This document shows positions 42,786-52,189 of a stretch of DNA of 64,000 bases, in pieces. The stretch spans positions 2,106 to 66,105 of the forward strand of contig JBCCCO010000005.1 in NCBI GenBank assembly GCA_039033475.1, written 5' to 3'. The DNA comes from Pseudomonadota bacterium (lineage in GTDB: Bacteria; Pseudomonadota; Alphaproteobacteria; Rhizobiales; CBDHHC01). A program made the position numbers and the translations under genes. Below the pieces are notes generated by a model. That model was not told the DNA's origin and did not search any database. It was given only the letters and a program-made list of their open reading frames with translations. The stretch's first letter is position 1. Every line of letters starts with the position of its first letter.

Positions 42786-44022
42786 TTTTATTGGTCCTTT
42801 GGCAGGTTGTGCTGACATCTGGTTTTTGTGCGTAAGGCGTATGGGTGGAGAGAATATTGTTTTCAAAAGCAATGTGGTCTTTTTCATGTTCAAGATATCT
42901 TGCAATCACATGACGTAACTCTGGGTTGGTAATATAGTGTGTGCTGTATGTTAGTGTTGGCACGTAGCCTCTTGCCAATTTGTGCGCGCCTTGAGCGCCC
43001 GCCTCTACTCGAGATAGGCCGTTTTGAATCGCAAAGTCAATAGCTTGATAGTAACACGCTTCAAAATGCAAAAATTTGTGGTCTTCAATGGCTCCCCAGT
43101 TGCGGCCATACAGCGTATCACCACCGATAAAATTTAAGGCACCTGCAATAATCTTATCACCACGATGACAGAGTATGAGCAAAATTTGATCTCTCATTGT
43201 TTCATTAATATGTGAAAAGAACTCTCTGGTCAAATAAGCCTGGCCCCATTTTCGTGATGAGGTGTCGAGATAAAATTCGTAAAAATGGTCCCAATGGTTT
43301 TCTTGTAAATCTGAGCCGGTGAGCCATTTGATGGTGATGTTATTGTTTTGTGCTTCACGGCGTTCTTTGCGAATGGTTTTACGTTTGCGTGACGAGAGGG
43401 TTGCTAAAAACTCATCGAAGGTTTTGTAAGCATTGTTGTGCCAATGAAATTGTTGACTGTGTCTGGTTAAAAATCCCATCTCTGACATGATAGTATGTTC
43501 TTGTTCATTCAAAAATGTGCAGTGAAATGAGGATATATCAAGTTTTTCAACAAGTTGTATAGCTGCTGCAGCGAGGCTTTTTTGATGTTTCTTTTGATTT
43601 GGGTTTGCTGGGGTGAGTAGCCGTGGTCCAGTTGCCGGGGTAAACGGTATAGCGCATTGTAATTTGGGGTAGTATTGTTTATGCAAGCGCATGTAAAGTT
43701 CTGCCCAGGCGTGGTCAAAAATATATTCGCCATAGCTGTGGGATTTGATGTAACATGGCATTACGCCAAGGATGGTATCTTGATTATTTTCTTCAGAATT
43801 TTGCATGGCCGTATCTTCTGCTGATAGCGCGAGGTGACAAGGCATCCAGCCGGTTTTTTTGCATACGGATTTTGATTTTTCTAAGGCGTTTAAAAAGTGG
43901 TAGGAGACAAAGGGGTTATAGGTTTTAGGATTTGGGTTGGCACATGCATTCCAGCTTTTGGCACTTAATTCTGCAATGCTGCTGACAGAGCGGACGAAAT
44001 GTTTTGTTGGTGGTGAAGCCAT
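42778..44022 (-). CDS. DUF482 / FemAB-like (BioF2-like) N-acetyltransferase-fold protein
   Basis: The ORF is 414 aa with a COG3146-like pattern (FLNALE.S, GGDTLYGRNWG, EAGAQG.HK..RG). Confidence 0.7.
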   Translation of the reverse strand: MASPPTKHFVRSVSSIAELSAKSWNACANPNPKTYNPFVSYHFLNALEKSKSVCKKTGWMPCHLALSAEDTAMQNSEENNQDTILGVMPCYIKSHSYGEYIFDHAWAELYMRLHKQYYPKLQCAIPFTPATGPRLLTPANPNQKKHQKSLAAAAIQLVEKLDISSFHCTFLNEQEHTIMSEMGFLTRHSQQFHWHNNAYKTFDEFLATLSSRKRKTIRKERREAQNNNITIKWLTGSDLQENHWDHFYEFYLDTSSRKWGQAYLTREFFSHINETMRDQILLILCHRGDKIIAGALNFIGGDTLYGRNWGAIEDHKFLHFEACYYQAIDFAIQNGLSRVEAGAQGAHKLARGYVPTLTYSTHYITNPELRHVIARYLEHEKDHIAFENNILSTHTPYAQKPDVSTTCQRTNKND

Positions 44023-44045
44023 GGCATTTTATGTTTAGGGTTGTT

Positions 44046-44195
44046 CAGTTATGTATCAAGAAACAATCAACACCCCTCTTGTCATCCTAGCGAAAGCTGA
44101 GATCTCTTTGCGATTTTTTTTAGATTCCCACTTTCGCGGGAATGACGGCGGCGCGTTTTGAGGTGTAAAATGCACTTTTCTTACTCAATTAAGTG
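44046..44195. repeat. Hairpin-repeat locus R11: degenerate inverted C, inverted A, spacer, A hairpin, C tail
   Basis: GTCATCCTAGCGAAAGCTGAGATCTC lies at 44081-44106. TAGATTCCCACTTTCGCGGGAATGAC lies at 44121-44146. Confidence 0.85.
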
Positions 44196-44216
44196 AAATT
44201 GCTAAAGTAGCATAGC

Positions 44217-46040
44217 TTATACGGCAAGAGTTTCAATGTCGATTGCTATCGCAGGACATAAACCACGGACAGAATTTCCCAAGAATATCTGTTCTGCGGT
44301 TTTTAAATCTTTTCGCGTTAAGCATTGTTCTTTGACTTTTCCTTTTTCAATTAAGTCTGCGCGTAACGTTCCGGCTAATAACCCGCAGGATATTGGCGGG
44401 GTAAGAAGCGTGGGATCGCCCTCGCGTTTGATAAACAAGTTGGTACGACTGCCTTCAGTGAGGTGTCCATGTTGGTTAAGAAAAATGACCTCATCACAGT
44501 TATATCGCTCTGCCATGGCCTTATGTTCGTCATCATAAAATGCGCGGTTGGTGGTTTTATGATACAAAAATAGATTGTCGGTGTGCATGGTTTTATCTGA
44601 CATCATATAACGCATGATTTTGTTTGGATTAGGCGCTGGGGCGGGGGTTGATGTTAAGGTGATCCGCCCCTTTTGGGAGAGTAGCAGTCTTACCCGATGT
44701 GTTGTTTTTAATGTTTTGGCTAATTCTTCCAATTCTCTTTTTATAGTGCCTTGGTCATATTTAAAATCAAAATAGGCTGCGGAGTGTTTTAGGCGTTGTA
44801 AATGGTGGTCATAATAAAGATAGCCGGTTTGTGGCAGACACATCAGCGTTTCCAGTAATTCAAAAGAAGGCCAGCTTTTGGTTAAGAACTGCATTTTGAG
44901 TAAGCATTCTTGATACTCTTGCTTTGGTTTAGAATCGCTGACAACGCCGCTGCCAATGCCCATTTCTCCTGTGCCATCTGGCCAAAGGGTGAGCGTACGT
45001 ATGGCCACATTGAAATAGACTTGTGTGGTTGATTTTTGCTTTGGAAGAAACATACCAATTGTGCCGGTATAAATGCCGCGTGGGGTGTGTTCAAGGTCAT
45101 GAATTAATTCCATGGCGCGGATTTTGGGGGCACCTGTGATAGAGCCGGGCGGGAATAAAGCTTTGAGCCAGCTTTTCAAGTCGATATCTGGTTTTAAGTT
45201 TGCGCAAACCGTTGATGTCATTTGATGAAGTGTGGGATAGGTTTCTACGGCGAAAAGTTCAGGGACATGGACGGAGCCAATTTCTGAGATGCGGGCTAAA
45301 TCATTGCGCATCAAATCAACGATCATTAAGTTTTCAGCTTGAGATTTTTGGTCTTGCGCAAGCCACGTTTTATTATGCTGATCGTCTTTGTAGGTTAATC
45401 CTCGGTCTTTTGTGCCTTTCATTGGGCGGGTCGTGGCACAGCCTTGTTGTAAATCAAGAAATAGTTCTGGTGAGGCGGAGAGTATTGTAAAATCTTCGCC
45501 CATTATAAGGGCTCCATGGCCCATGTTTTGTTTACGTTTGAGATCTTGATATAGCGTGGTTGGGTTGCCAGAAAAGGTAAAACTGCTTTTGAATGTGAGG
45601 TTGAGTTGGTAGATGTCCCCGCTTGAGATTGCATTTTGTGCGTTTTGAAAACACTCTTGGTAAGAGAGTTCATCGTGGCTGAGTGACATATTTTCTATTG
45701 TATAGCCTTCTTTGCCAAATGCTTTGGCGTTGGAAGATAGCCAATCGTCAGTTGCGTTTGAGTTTAAAGGTTCGAAGTGGTCAAAGATGGCGAACCATAT
45801 CAGTGGGGCGTTGTTTGATTCTTTTGGGAGTAGATGGTTTAGTTTTTTCTCCAAAGCATAGCCGAGTTCGTAAGAGAAAAATCCTGCTGCGGATTTACCT
45901 TGCGCTATGGTGTGTTCTAAGTCTGAGAGGGCTTTACCCACTTGCTCAAAATTTTCTGCTACAATGAACCCAGTTGGGTTTTCAAAATAATAAGAGTGTT
46001 CTAGTTGGCTGTTGCCAGTATCGATGAGAATTTTGGTCAA
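44217..46040 (-). CDS. pabB: Aminodeoxychorismate synthase component I fused to a class IV aminotransferase-like (PabC-type lyase) domain
   Basis: The ORF is 607 aa. The N-terminal two thirds resemble chorismate-binding enzymes (SPELF, RPMKGT, GSITGAPK, RGIYTG). The C-terminal third of about 210 aa resembles PabC. It uses a TTG start. Confidence 0.8.
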   Translation of the reverse strand: MTKILIDTGNSQLEHSYYFENPTGFIVAENFEQVGKALSDLEHTIAQGKSAAGFFSYELGYALEKKLNHLLPKESNNAPLIWFAIFDHFEPLNSNATDDWLSSNAKAFGKEGYTIENMSLSHDELSYQECFQNAQNAISSGDIYQLNLTFKSSFTFSGNPTTLYQDLKRKQNMGHGALIMGEDFTILSASPELFLDLQQGCATTRPMKGTKDRGLTYKDDQHNKTWLAQDQKSQAENLMIVDLMRNDLARISEIGSVHVPELFAVETYPTLHQMTSTVCANLKPDIDLKSWLKALFPPGSITGAPKIRAMELIHDLEHTPRGIYTGTIGMFLPKQKSTTQVYFNVAIRTLTLWPDGTGEMGIGSGVVSDSKPKQEYQECLLKMQFLTKSWPSFELLETLMCLPQTGYLYYDHHLQRLKHSAAYFDFKYDQGTIKRELEELAKTLKTTHRVRLLLSQKGRITLTSTPAPAPNPNKIMRYMMSDKTMHTDNLFLYHKTTNRAFYDDEHKAMAERYNCDEVIFLNQHGHLTEGSRTNLFIKREGDPTLLTPPISCGLLAGTLRADLIEKGKVKEQCLTRKDLKTAEQIFLGNSVRGLCPAIAIDIETLAV

Positions 46041-46072
46041 GATGAGCTCTTGTTTTAAGCTGCTTTTTTAAA

Positions 46073-46250
46073 CCTTAGTGGATTTAAGAAAAAAGACGAA
46101 ATACCCTTGTCATCCGCGAGAAAGCGGAGATTTCCTTTTTCAAGGTAACACCTTAATCAATTACTCACAGATTCCAGCTTTTGCTGGAATGACAGTGGAG
46201 AGTTTGGGTGTTGAGAATGCAATTTCCTTAATCTTATTGGATTTTTACGT
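46073..46250. repeat. Hairpin-repeat locus R12: inverted C, inverted A variant, spacer, A hairpin, C tail; overlaps the 3' end of the PAP2 ORF
   Basis: GTCATCCGCGAGAAAGCGGAGATTTCC lies at 46109-46135. CAGATTCCAGCTTTTGCTGGAATGAC lies at 46168-46193. Confidence 0.85.
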
Positions 46251-47032
46251 TTTAGAAGCAATTGCAGTCTTGCTTTTGTATATCTTATTACACGGTTTAG
46301 CTGGATATGAATAGGGCCTTTGTGGGCGAATGTGGTTGCATATCTTACAAAGACCAGCCAATGCAAGGCAGATACAACCAAAGCCATAATAATACCGGAA
46401 AACAGAACGTCGCTTAGAAAGTGTCCGCCTTGTAAGATACGCACTGCACCTGATGCCATTCCGGCTAAGATGCCGTAAAAAATTAGGTTTTGGGCGTGCA
46501 GTGGAAATATTAATGCGAGTGCAAAAAAGCCAACAAAAATCATGGCGGCTTCACCGCTGATAAATGAACAATTTCTTTGGCATTGATCTGAGACTTGCAT
46601 AACAGGTGTGAATTTTTGCTGGCCGTCAAATTGTTGGATGTAGTGAGGTCTGGCTCTGCCCCAATTGTCTTTGAGAAGTGTATTGGCGACAAGGCCAGGG
46701 CCGATGATGAGGCATAGCGTTAAGAACATCCATTTAGGGAAGGTTAAATTGAAAACAGAGTTTTTACTGTGTGTACAGATGTACAGACTAATGAGAACGC
46801 CAATGCAAAGGGTTGTGAAAAACAGTTGGAACAAGAAGCGTAAGATGGGGCCGATTTGCCAGATATCGAATAAGAACGTACGTTGGCCATGATAAAAGAG
46901 GGCGGATACAGCAATGTCAAGATTGGGAAAACTGACAAAAATAAATGCGCATGCAAGCCCTGTAGCGCACGCCAGATTGATGAGTTTTTGACGTACAGTA
47001 TGCTGTTTTGCCAATGCCTGGTTATGTTGCAT
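46157..47032 (-). CDS. PAP2-family membrane phosphatase (LpxE/LpxF-like); the C-terminal tail is encoded by repeat sequence
   Basis: The ORF is 291 aa and multi-TM, with the PAP2 motifs SFISGEA and GGHFLSDV. Its last 31 codons or so (46157-46250) lie inside repeat locus R12. Confidence 0.75.
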   Translation of the reverse strand: MQHNQALAKQHTVRQKLINLACATGLACAFIFVSFPNLDIAVSALFYHGQRTFLFDIWQIGPILRFLFQLFFTTLCIGVLISLYICTHSKNSVFNLTFPKWMFLTLCLIIGPGLVANTLLKDNWGRARPHYIQQFDGQQKFTPVMQVSDQCQRNCSFISGEAAMIFVGFFALALIFPLHAQNLIFYGILAGMASGAVRILQGGHFLSDVLFSGIIMALVVSALHWLVFVRYATTFAHKGPIHIQLNRVIRYTKARLQLLLKRKNPIRLRKLHSQHPNSPLSFQQKLESVSN

Positions 47033-48557
47033 CTGCTTTGTATCCTGAAAGTTGGAAAAAATATAAGGTTCTTGTTCGTGTTAGTCCTGCGGGTATCGTG
47101 TGTTTGCTCAAGGGTGTTACTTTATCGAATTTTGACAAGATATGATTAGGATTTTGTTTAAATGTTACTAAGAGCATTTGTAAGGGAGCTTTTTGTGCGG
47201 AAAAAGGCCTGGTGAGTTGAAAATGGTCTTTTGGGGTGGATTGTGCTTTCCAGCTATAGACTTCTAGGTCTGTTTTATGGAGATAATATAGTAACTCTGC
47301 TGTGAGGGCTCTGCGCTCGGTTATTATTGTATTGAGTTGGTGTTTTTCTGATAATGCCCGCGTTTTTGTTGCGATCTCTTGCCAGCCTAGAACGCGTGAG
47401 TATGGATCATTATTACCCGGTAAAGAAAATTCACCAGCATAGCGCCCTGAGAAAATTAAAAGAATTGCAATTATGCCATGTATTGCAAAAGACATTTGTA
47501 GCCAACGCCATCTGTTATCTTGCATCATAACGGCTATTACCAGGAGTGTTGCCGCTGGATAAGCTGTTGCGGCCCAATTGGCGTGAGCTCTTGATAAAAA
47601 GGCCTGGATGAGGATGATGGTTATAATTGGTATCGAAAAGCACAATAGAAATGTTCTGATTTCAAACTGCTCTTGATCTGATGTTGTATCGTGGCTTTCT
47701 CTATAGGTTTGCAGTGCAATTATGAGGAGGGCAGCGAATAGAATTGGTCCAAAAACGCCAAACTGGGCACCAAAAAATTCTAATGTTTTGGTGGGGTTAA
47801 GCAGTGAGCCGGTCCAATTCGCATTGTCTGCGGTATGGCTAAAGGTGACAAGGCCATTTTGTAAATTCCAGAAAATATTAGGCAAAATCAAAATGAATGC
47901 GATGGCTATGGCAATACTAAATTGTCTAGTTTGAAACGCGTTTCGCGCGTGTTTTGAGATCAGGGCATAGATGAGAGCGTTTCCGATAAAGTAAAGCATG
48001 GCGTATTTGGAGAGCAGTCCAAATCCTAAGGCAAGGCCGAGGATAATCGTCCAGACCACATTTTGATGTTTAATGAAGTTGGCAAAGGCCCAAAGAGCTA
48101 TTGTCCAGAATAGTAGTAATGGCACATCTGTTGAAATCAGGGTGGATGAAAAGGAGATGCCAGGTAGGGTTGCATAAGCCAACGCTGATATAAGGGCTAT
48201 CTTGTTGTTAAACAGTGTGCGTGCTGCTAGAAATAGAAAAAATGCGGTCAGGCTGTGAAGAATAGGTGATGTAATTCTGACACAAAATTCTGACAAACCG
48301 CAGCTTTCTGTTCCCGCTCTTATGATCCAGGCAAGCCCTGGGGGTTTTGAAAAATAGCCAAAATCCAGCTGTTGTGACCAAGCCCAATATTGTGCCTCAT
48401 CGAAAAAAAGGTCGGTTTTTGCGATGTAAAGTGCAATCAATCTAAGCAAAAGCAATATAGATAACGATATGGCTAAGGTGAGCCAGATGCGAATGGGGCT
48501 TGATAAACATAGTATTTGGACGTGCTGCGGTGTTGTTCTGAAACCATCTAAAAGCAT
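47022..48557 (-). CDS. ArnT/PMT-like glycosyltransferase (GT-C fold, family 39/83)
   Basis: The ORF is 511 aa with about 12 TM segments and an N-terminal DEAQYWAW loop motif typical of the ArnT/PMT_2 family. Confidence 0.8.
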   Translation of the reverse strand: MLLDGFRTTPQHVQILCLSSPIRIWLTLAISLSILLLLRLIALYIAKTDLFFDEAQYWAWSQQLDFGYFSKPPGLAWIIRAGTESCGLSEFCVRITSPILHSLTAFFLFLAARTLFNNKIALISALAYATLPGISFSSTLISTDVPLLLFWTIALWAFANFIKHQNVVWTIILGLALGFGLLSKYAMLYFIGNALIYALISKHARNAFQTRQFSIAIAIAFILILPNIFWNLQNGLVTFSHTADNANWTGSLLNPTKTLEFFGAQFGVFGPILFAALLIIALQTYRESHDTTSDQEQFEIRTFLLCFSIPIITIILIQAFLSRAHANWAATAYPAATLLVIAVMMQDNRWRWLQMSFAIHGIIAILLIFSGRYAGEFSLPGNNDPYSRVLGWQEIATKTRALSEKHQLNTIITERRALTAELLYYLHKTDLEVYSWKAQSTPKDHFQLTRPFSAQKAPLQMLLVTFKQNPNHILSKFDKVTPLSKHTIPAGLTRTRTLYFFQLSGYKADAT

Positions 48558-48687
48558 AAATTTTGTTTTCTTGTTGTTTACATTAAATGAAATCTATCAT
48601 TTACTAACTTGTATTTGGCAGAAGAAAATTGCTATTTATTTGTAACTAGAAAATAAAGATAAGAAAATGTTCGAAAGAGTGTTCATG

Positions 48688-49464
48688 CGCATTTCCGTTG
48701 TCATACCAGCCTTTAATGAAGAAGGAAACATTGGTCGTTTGGTGGAAGAGACATTTCAAGCGGTGCCGGAAAGTGTTTTAAGTGAAGTTATTGTGATTGA
48801 CGATTGCAGTGATGATGGCACGCGCGATGAGGTGGTTAGCTTGGTGCGACAGCATGATAAGCTGTGTTATTTGCAGCATCGTGAGCGTTCTGGGCAATCA
48901 GCTGCTTTGCGCACGGGAATTCTTGCGGCATCTAGTCCTATCATTGTGACGATGGATGGGGATGGGCAAAATGATCCGGCGGACATCTTATCGCTTGTGC
49001 AAAAAATTGGACAACCAGGGGGGGATGGGCCTGCTCTTGTTGGCGGTGTTCGGGCCAAACGCAAGGCGGAAGGATCCAAGCGGTTGGCATCACAATTTGC
49101 TAATTGGCTTCGCAGCCGGATTTTAAAGGATGATTGTCCAGATACCGGATGTGGTTTGAAGGTTTATTGGAGGGATGCTTTTTTAAAACTTCCCTTTTTT
49201 ACCAGTATGCATCGCTATCTGCCTGCGTTGTTTTTGTCCTATGGGCATGAGGTGACTTATAGTCCTGTAAATGATCGACCACGGGTGGCTGGGCATTCCA
49301 AGTATACCAATTTGGGACGTGCTCTTATTGGTCTTTATGATTTGTTTGGGGTGACATGGCTACGGCGGCGAACCAAAGTTCCTGGTATTGCTGAGAGTGT
49401 TAGAAAACGTGAGCAGGTTTTAAAATTCTCTGAAAAAGAAGATATGAAAGAGGCCTTGAAGTGA
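48688..49464 (+). CDS. GT2 polyprenyl-phosphate glycosyltransferase (ArnC / dolichol-P-sugar synthase-like)
   Basis: ISVVIPAFNEE and MDGDGQNDP motifs. The start is taken at MRISVV (48688). Confidence 0.85.
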   Translation, partial: RISVVIPAFNEEGNIGRLVEETFQAVPESVLSEVIVIDDCSDDGTRDEVVSLVRQHDKLCYLQHRERSGQSAALRTGILAASSPIIVTMDGDGQNDPADILSLVQKIGQPGGDGPALVGGVRAKRKAEGSKRLASQFANWLRSRILKDDCPDTGCGLKVYWRDAFLKLPFFTSMHRYLPALFLSYGHEVTYSPVNDRPRVAGHSKYTNLGRALIGLYDLFGVTWLRRRTKVPGIAESVRKREQVLKFSEKEDMKEALK

Positions 49465-49832
49465 GCGGTTTTTTGCAACATTTTAGCGCTCAGTTGAGCT
49501 TATGGTGGGCGAGCATTGGGACGACCGAGTTGATTTGGCTTGGGATTGGTTTTGGTGCACAGTTGATGTTTTCTATGCGCTTTATCATACAATGGATTGC
49601 GAGTGAGCGCGCAAGGCAGAGCGTTGTGCCAGAAGTATTTTGGTATTTTAGCTTTTTTGGTGGTTTGATGCTGTTTACTTACGCTATTTACCGCGTTGAT
49701 CCTGTGTTTATCATGGGGCAGGGTATGGGACTCGTTATCTATTGCCGGAATATTTATTTTATCTGGATTAACAAAACGGGCTCTTCTGAAGACGTTGCTA
49801 ATGCAGATACTGCAAAAGTGCCTGCTGAGTGA
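49461..49832 (+). CDS. Lipid A biosynthesis N-terminal (LAB_N) domain membrane protein
   Basis: The ORF is 123 aa with an RF.IQW..SE...QSV.P..FW..S..G pattern. It has a GTGA overlap with the GT2 stop. Confidence 0.75.
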   Translation: MSGFLQHFSAQLSLWWASIGTTELIWLGIGFGAQLMFSMRFIIQWIASERARQSVVPEVFWYFSFFGGLMLFTYAIYRVDPVFIMGQGMGLVIYCRNIYFIWINKTGSSEDVANADTAKVPAE

Positions 49833-50249
49833 ACTTTTTGAGTACGCATGTAAATTCATGGTAGTGCCTGTTGATATTTTTACATAACACCTCCTCTCTT
49901 TGATTTAAATTCTCCTATAAAAATTTTTCTATAATATTTCATCTCAATGAAAGTTGAGATTATTAAGTGATTCCACACGTTTAGTTTACACAGAATGGAT
50001 GCTACCTACTTACGTCCTGAGCCTAAAGCTAATAAAAGTACTAGTAAGTGCTTAAATGACTTTTCAATCTAGAATTGTAAATGACTTGAAATTCTTTTTA
50101 GTTATGTAAATAAAATAGCTATTTATGACCATAAATTCACTTAAAACATAAAAATGACATAAAAAATTTACATTCATATTTTACTTTAACTATTAAAGTT
50201 GTTATGTATGTGTTATCAGAAAAAATTGAGTTTATGGATGGATGGTATT

Positions 50250-50897
50250 ATGAAAAAAATTGCTTTAGCTTTTTCAATGATTTTAATGACCTTTGTAGGG
50301 TCTCAAAGTGGGATCGCCAGTCAGAAATCAGAGATGACCGATCTTTTGAATAATCTGAAAAAAGGTGGTTACATTGTGTACATGCGCCATCCACAGACAG
50401 ATAAATCTCAAAGAGATACGGATATAAAAAATCTTGCCAGTTGCGATACTCAGAGAAATCTTAGTAATGTGGGTAGAGAGACGGCTGGAAAAATTGGTCA
50501 GGCTATAAAATCACTGGATGTGAAATTTTCAGTCATTAAAACAAGTGAATACTGCCGTGCTCGTCAGGTTCCCGAATTGATGGGTATCAAAACGTTTGAG
50601 ATTACACCGGATCTTAATCACAGTGGAAATATGGAAGAGCCTGCAGGAGAGCAGCAAGTTCAGAAGTTGCGAACTTTTTTTGCTGAACCCCCTAAGGGAG
50701 GCATGAATACACTGCTTATTGGCCATTCCCCAAATGTTATTGCAATGGATCCAAATTTGATTTCAAAAGGTTTTAAGTCTGGTGATATGCTTGTTCTAAA
50801 ACCTAAGGCAGACAAGTCAGGGTATACTTTTGTAGGTCGCATTGCTCCCAAAGATTGGGATAGCCTTAAGGTTAAGCTTGCGTCACGTAATAAATAA
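50250..50897 (+). CDS. Secreted histidine phosphatase superfamily protein (SixA/PGAM-like)
   Basis: It has a signal peptide (MKKIALAFSMILMTFVG), a catalytic RH motif (YMRHPQTD) and a distal LLIGHSPN. Confidence 0.75.
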   Translation: MKKIALAFSMILMTFVGSQSGIASQKSEMTDLLNNLKKGGYIVYMRHPQTDKSQRDTDIKNLASCDTQRNLSNVGRETAGKIGQAIKSLDVKFSVIKTSEYCRARQVPELMGIKTFEITPDLNHSGNMEEPAGEQQVQKLRTFFAEPPKGGMNTLLIGHSPNVIAMDPNLISKGFKSGDMLVLKPKADKSGYTFVGRIAPKDWDSLKVKLASRNK

Positions 50898-50907
50898 TTC
50901 ACAGGGA

Positions 50908-50941
50908 AAGCAGTCAGCATAACGACAAGTGCTGACTGCTT
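50908..50941 (+). terminator. Candidate intrinsic terminator after the histidine phosphatase gene
   Basis: A perfect 12-bp stem (AAGCAGTCAGCA / TGCTGACTGCTT) with a 10-nt loop lies 10 nt after the stop. The downstream tract is only partly T-rich. Confidence 0.5.
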
Positions 50942-51007
50942 GATATGTGTTGTTAGCTGGAATACTATCCTCACATAAAAAATTACTTTAAATTCAGGAG
51001 TGTTGTG

Positions 51008-52189
51008 ATGAAGCGCGTACGTGCTTTTTTTGTCTTATTTGTTGTCTGTTGTTTGTTCGGTGTGACCTCTGTACGCTCACAGCAAAACAGCTCGGAAAAT
51101 GATCCCTCTAATCTAAAAAAGGCACCGGCCAGTCAGGCGCTGATACGAAGTGAGACTGAAGCGGAAGTCAAGAGGCGGAAAAATGCCTGGACTGTTGGTT
51201 TGGCAACGGGGCAAATTGAAGCTTCTTATCCCCCGTTAGCTCAGGATCTAACCAAGGTTTTGGATGATGGTGAAAATTTAAGAGTGCTTCCTATTATAAC
51301 CTACGGTTCTGTGGGGAATGTGGAAGATCTCTTGTATCTCAATAATGTTGATATGGCTTTCACGAAATCAGATAGTTTTGCATATTTTGAGAAGCTCAAT
51401 GTTCCAAATCTATATAATAGGATACATTACATTGCGAGATTATATGATGCCGAAATGCATATTCTGGTAGGGCCTGATATTAAGACTATTAAGGATCTCG
51501 AAGGTAAGACTGTTAATTTTGGCTTGCAGGGGAATGCAGCTAATGTGACTGCTCCGATCATGTTTGAGCGTCTTGGTATTACGGTAAAGCCAATTTCTGT
51601 TGACCATGATATTGGTATTGAAATGCTTAAGAAGGGTGAAATTTCAGCAGCATTACGCGTGGCCGGAAAACCAGCAACGACCTTCCGAAAAGTGCCTCCT
51701 GGAACTAACTTGCGTTTTCTAGGAGTATCATCAACAGAGTATGCGACTCATTTTAGTGATCTTTATGTTTTAGGAAAGTTGACAAATGAGGATTATCCAA
51801 ATCTCGTTCCCAAAGGACAAGTGGTCTCTACATTTGCAGTTCCTGATATATTGGTAACGTATAATTGGAGTAGAAAAACCAGTAGGTACAAACGTGTAGA
51901 ACGTTTCATAACTGCCTTTTTTAATAAATTTGATAAGTTGCGGAAACCTCCTTTTCATAAAAAATGGCGTGATGTTAATCTCGCCGCGACCTTGCGGGGT
52001 AAATGGAAACGTTTTGAAGTCGCGGAACGTATGTTGCAACGAAAACTGAGAAATCGTAGAACAGCCTCTAAAGAGAATAGAGTTTTCAGTAATTTTCTGA
52101 AGACGAAAAATTCTTTAAGTCAGAAACTGAGTAATAGAGAAAGAGAAGCCCTATTTCTAGAGTATCGTGCCTGGCTAGAGCAGAGGTAA
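51008..52189 (+). CDS. TAXI-family (TRAP-associated) periplasmic solute-binding-like protein with a basic C-terminal tail
   Basis: It has a signal peptide and a TAXI-like core (GS.GNVEDLLYL..VDMAF.KSD; KDLEGKTVNFG). There is no transporter membrane gene nearby. Confidence 0.6.
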   Translation: MKRVRAFFVLFVVCCLFGVTSVRSQQNSSENDPSNLKKAPASQALIRSETEAEVKRRKNAWTVGLATGQIEASYPPLAQDLTKVLDDGENLRVLPIITYGSVGNVEDLLYLNNVDMAFTKSDSFAYFEKLNVPNLYNRIHYIARLYDAEMHILVGPDIKTIKDLEGKTVNFGLQGNAANVTAPIMFERLGITVKPISVDHDIGIEMLKKGEISAALRVAGKPATTFRKVPPGTNLRFLGVSSTEYATHFSDLYVLGKLTNEDYPNLVPKGQVVSTFAVPDILVTYNWSRKTSRYKRVERFITAFFNKFDKLRKPPFHKKWRDVNLAATLRGKWKRFEVAERMLQRKLRNRRTASKENRVFSNFLKTKNSLSQKLSNREREALFLEYRAWLEQR

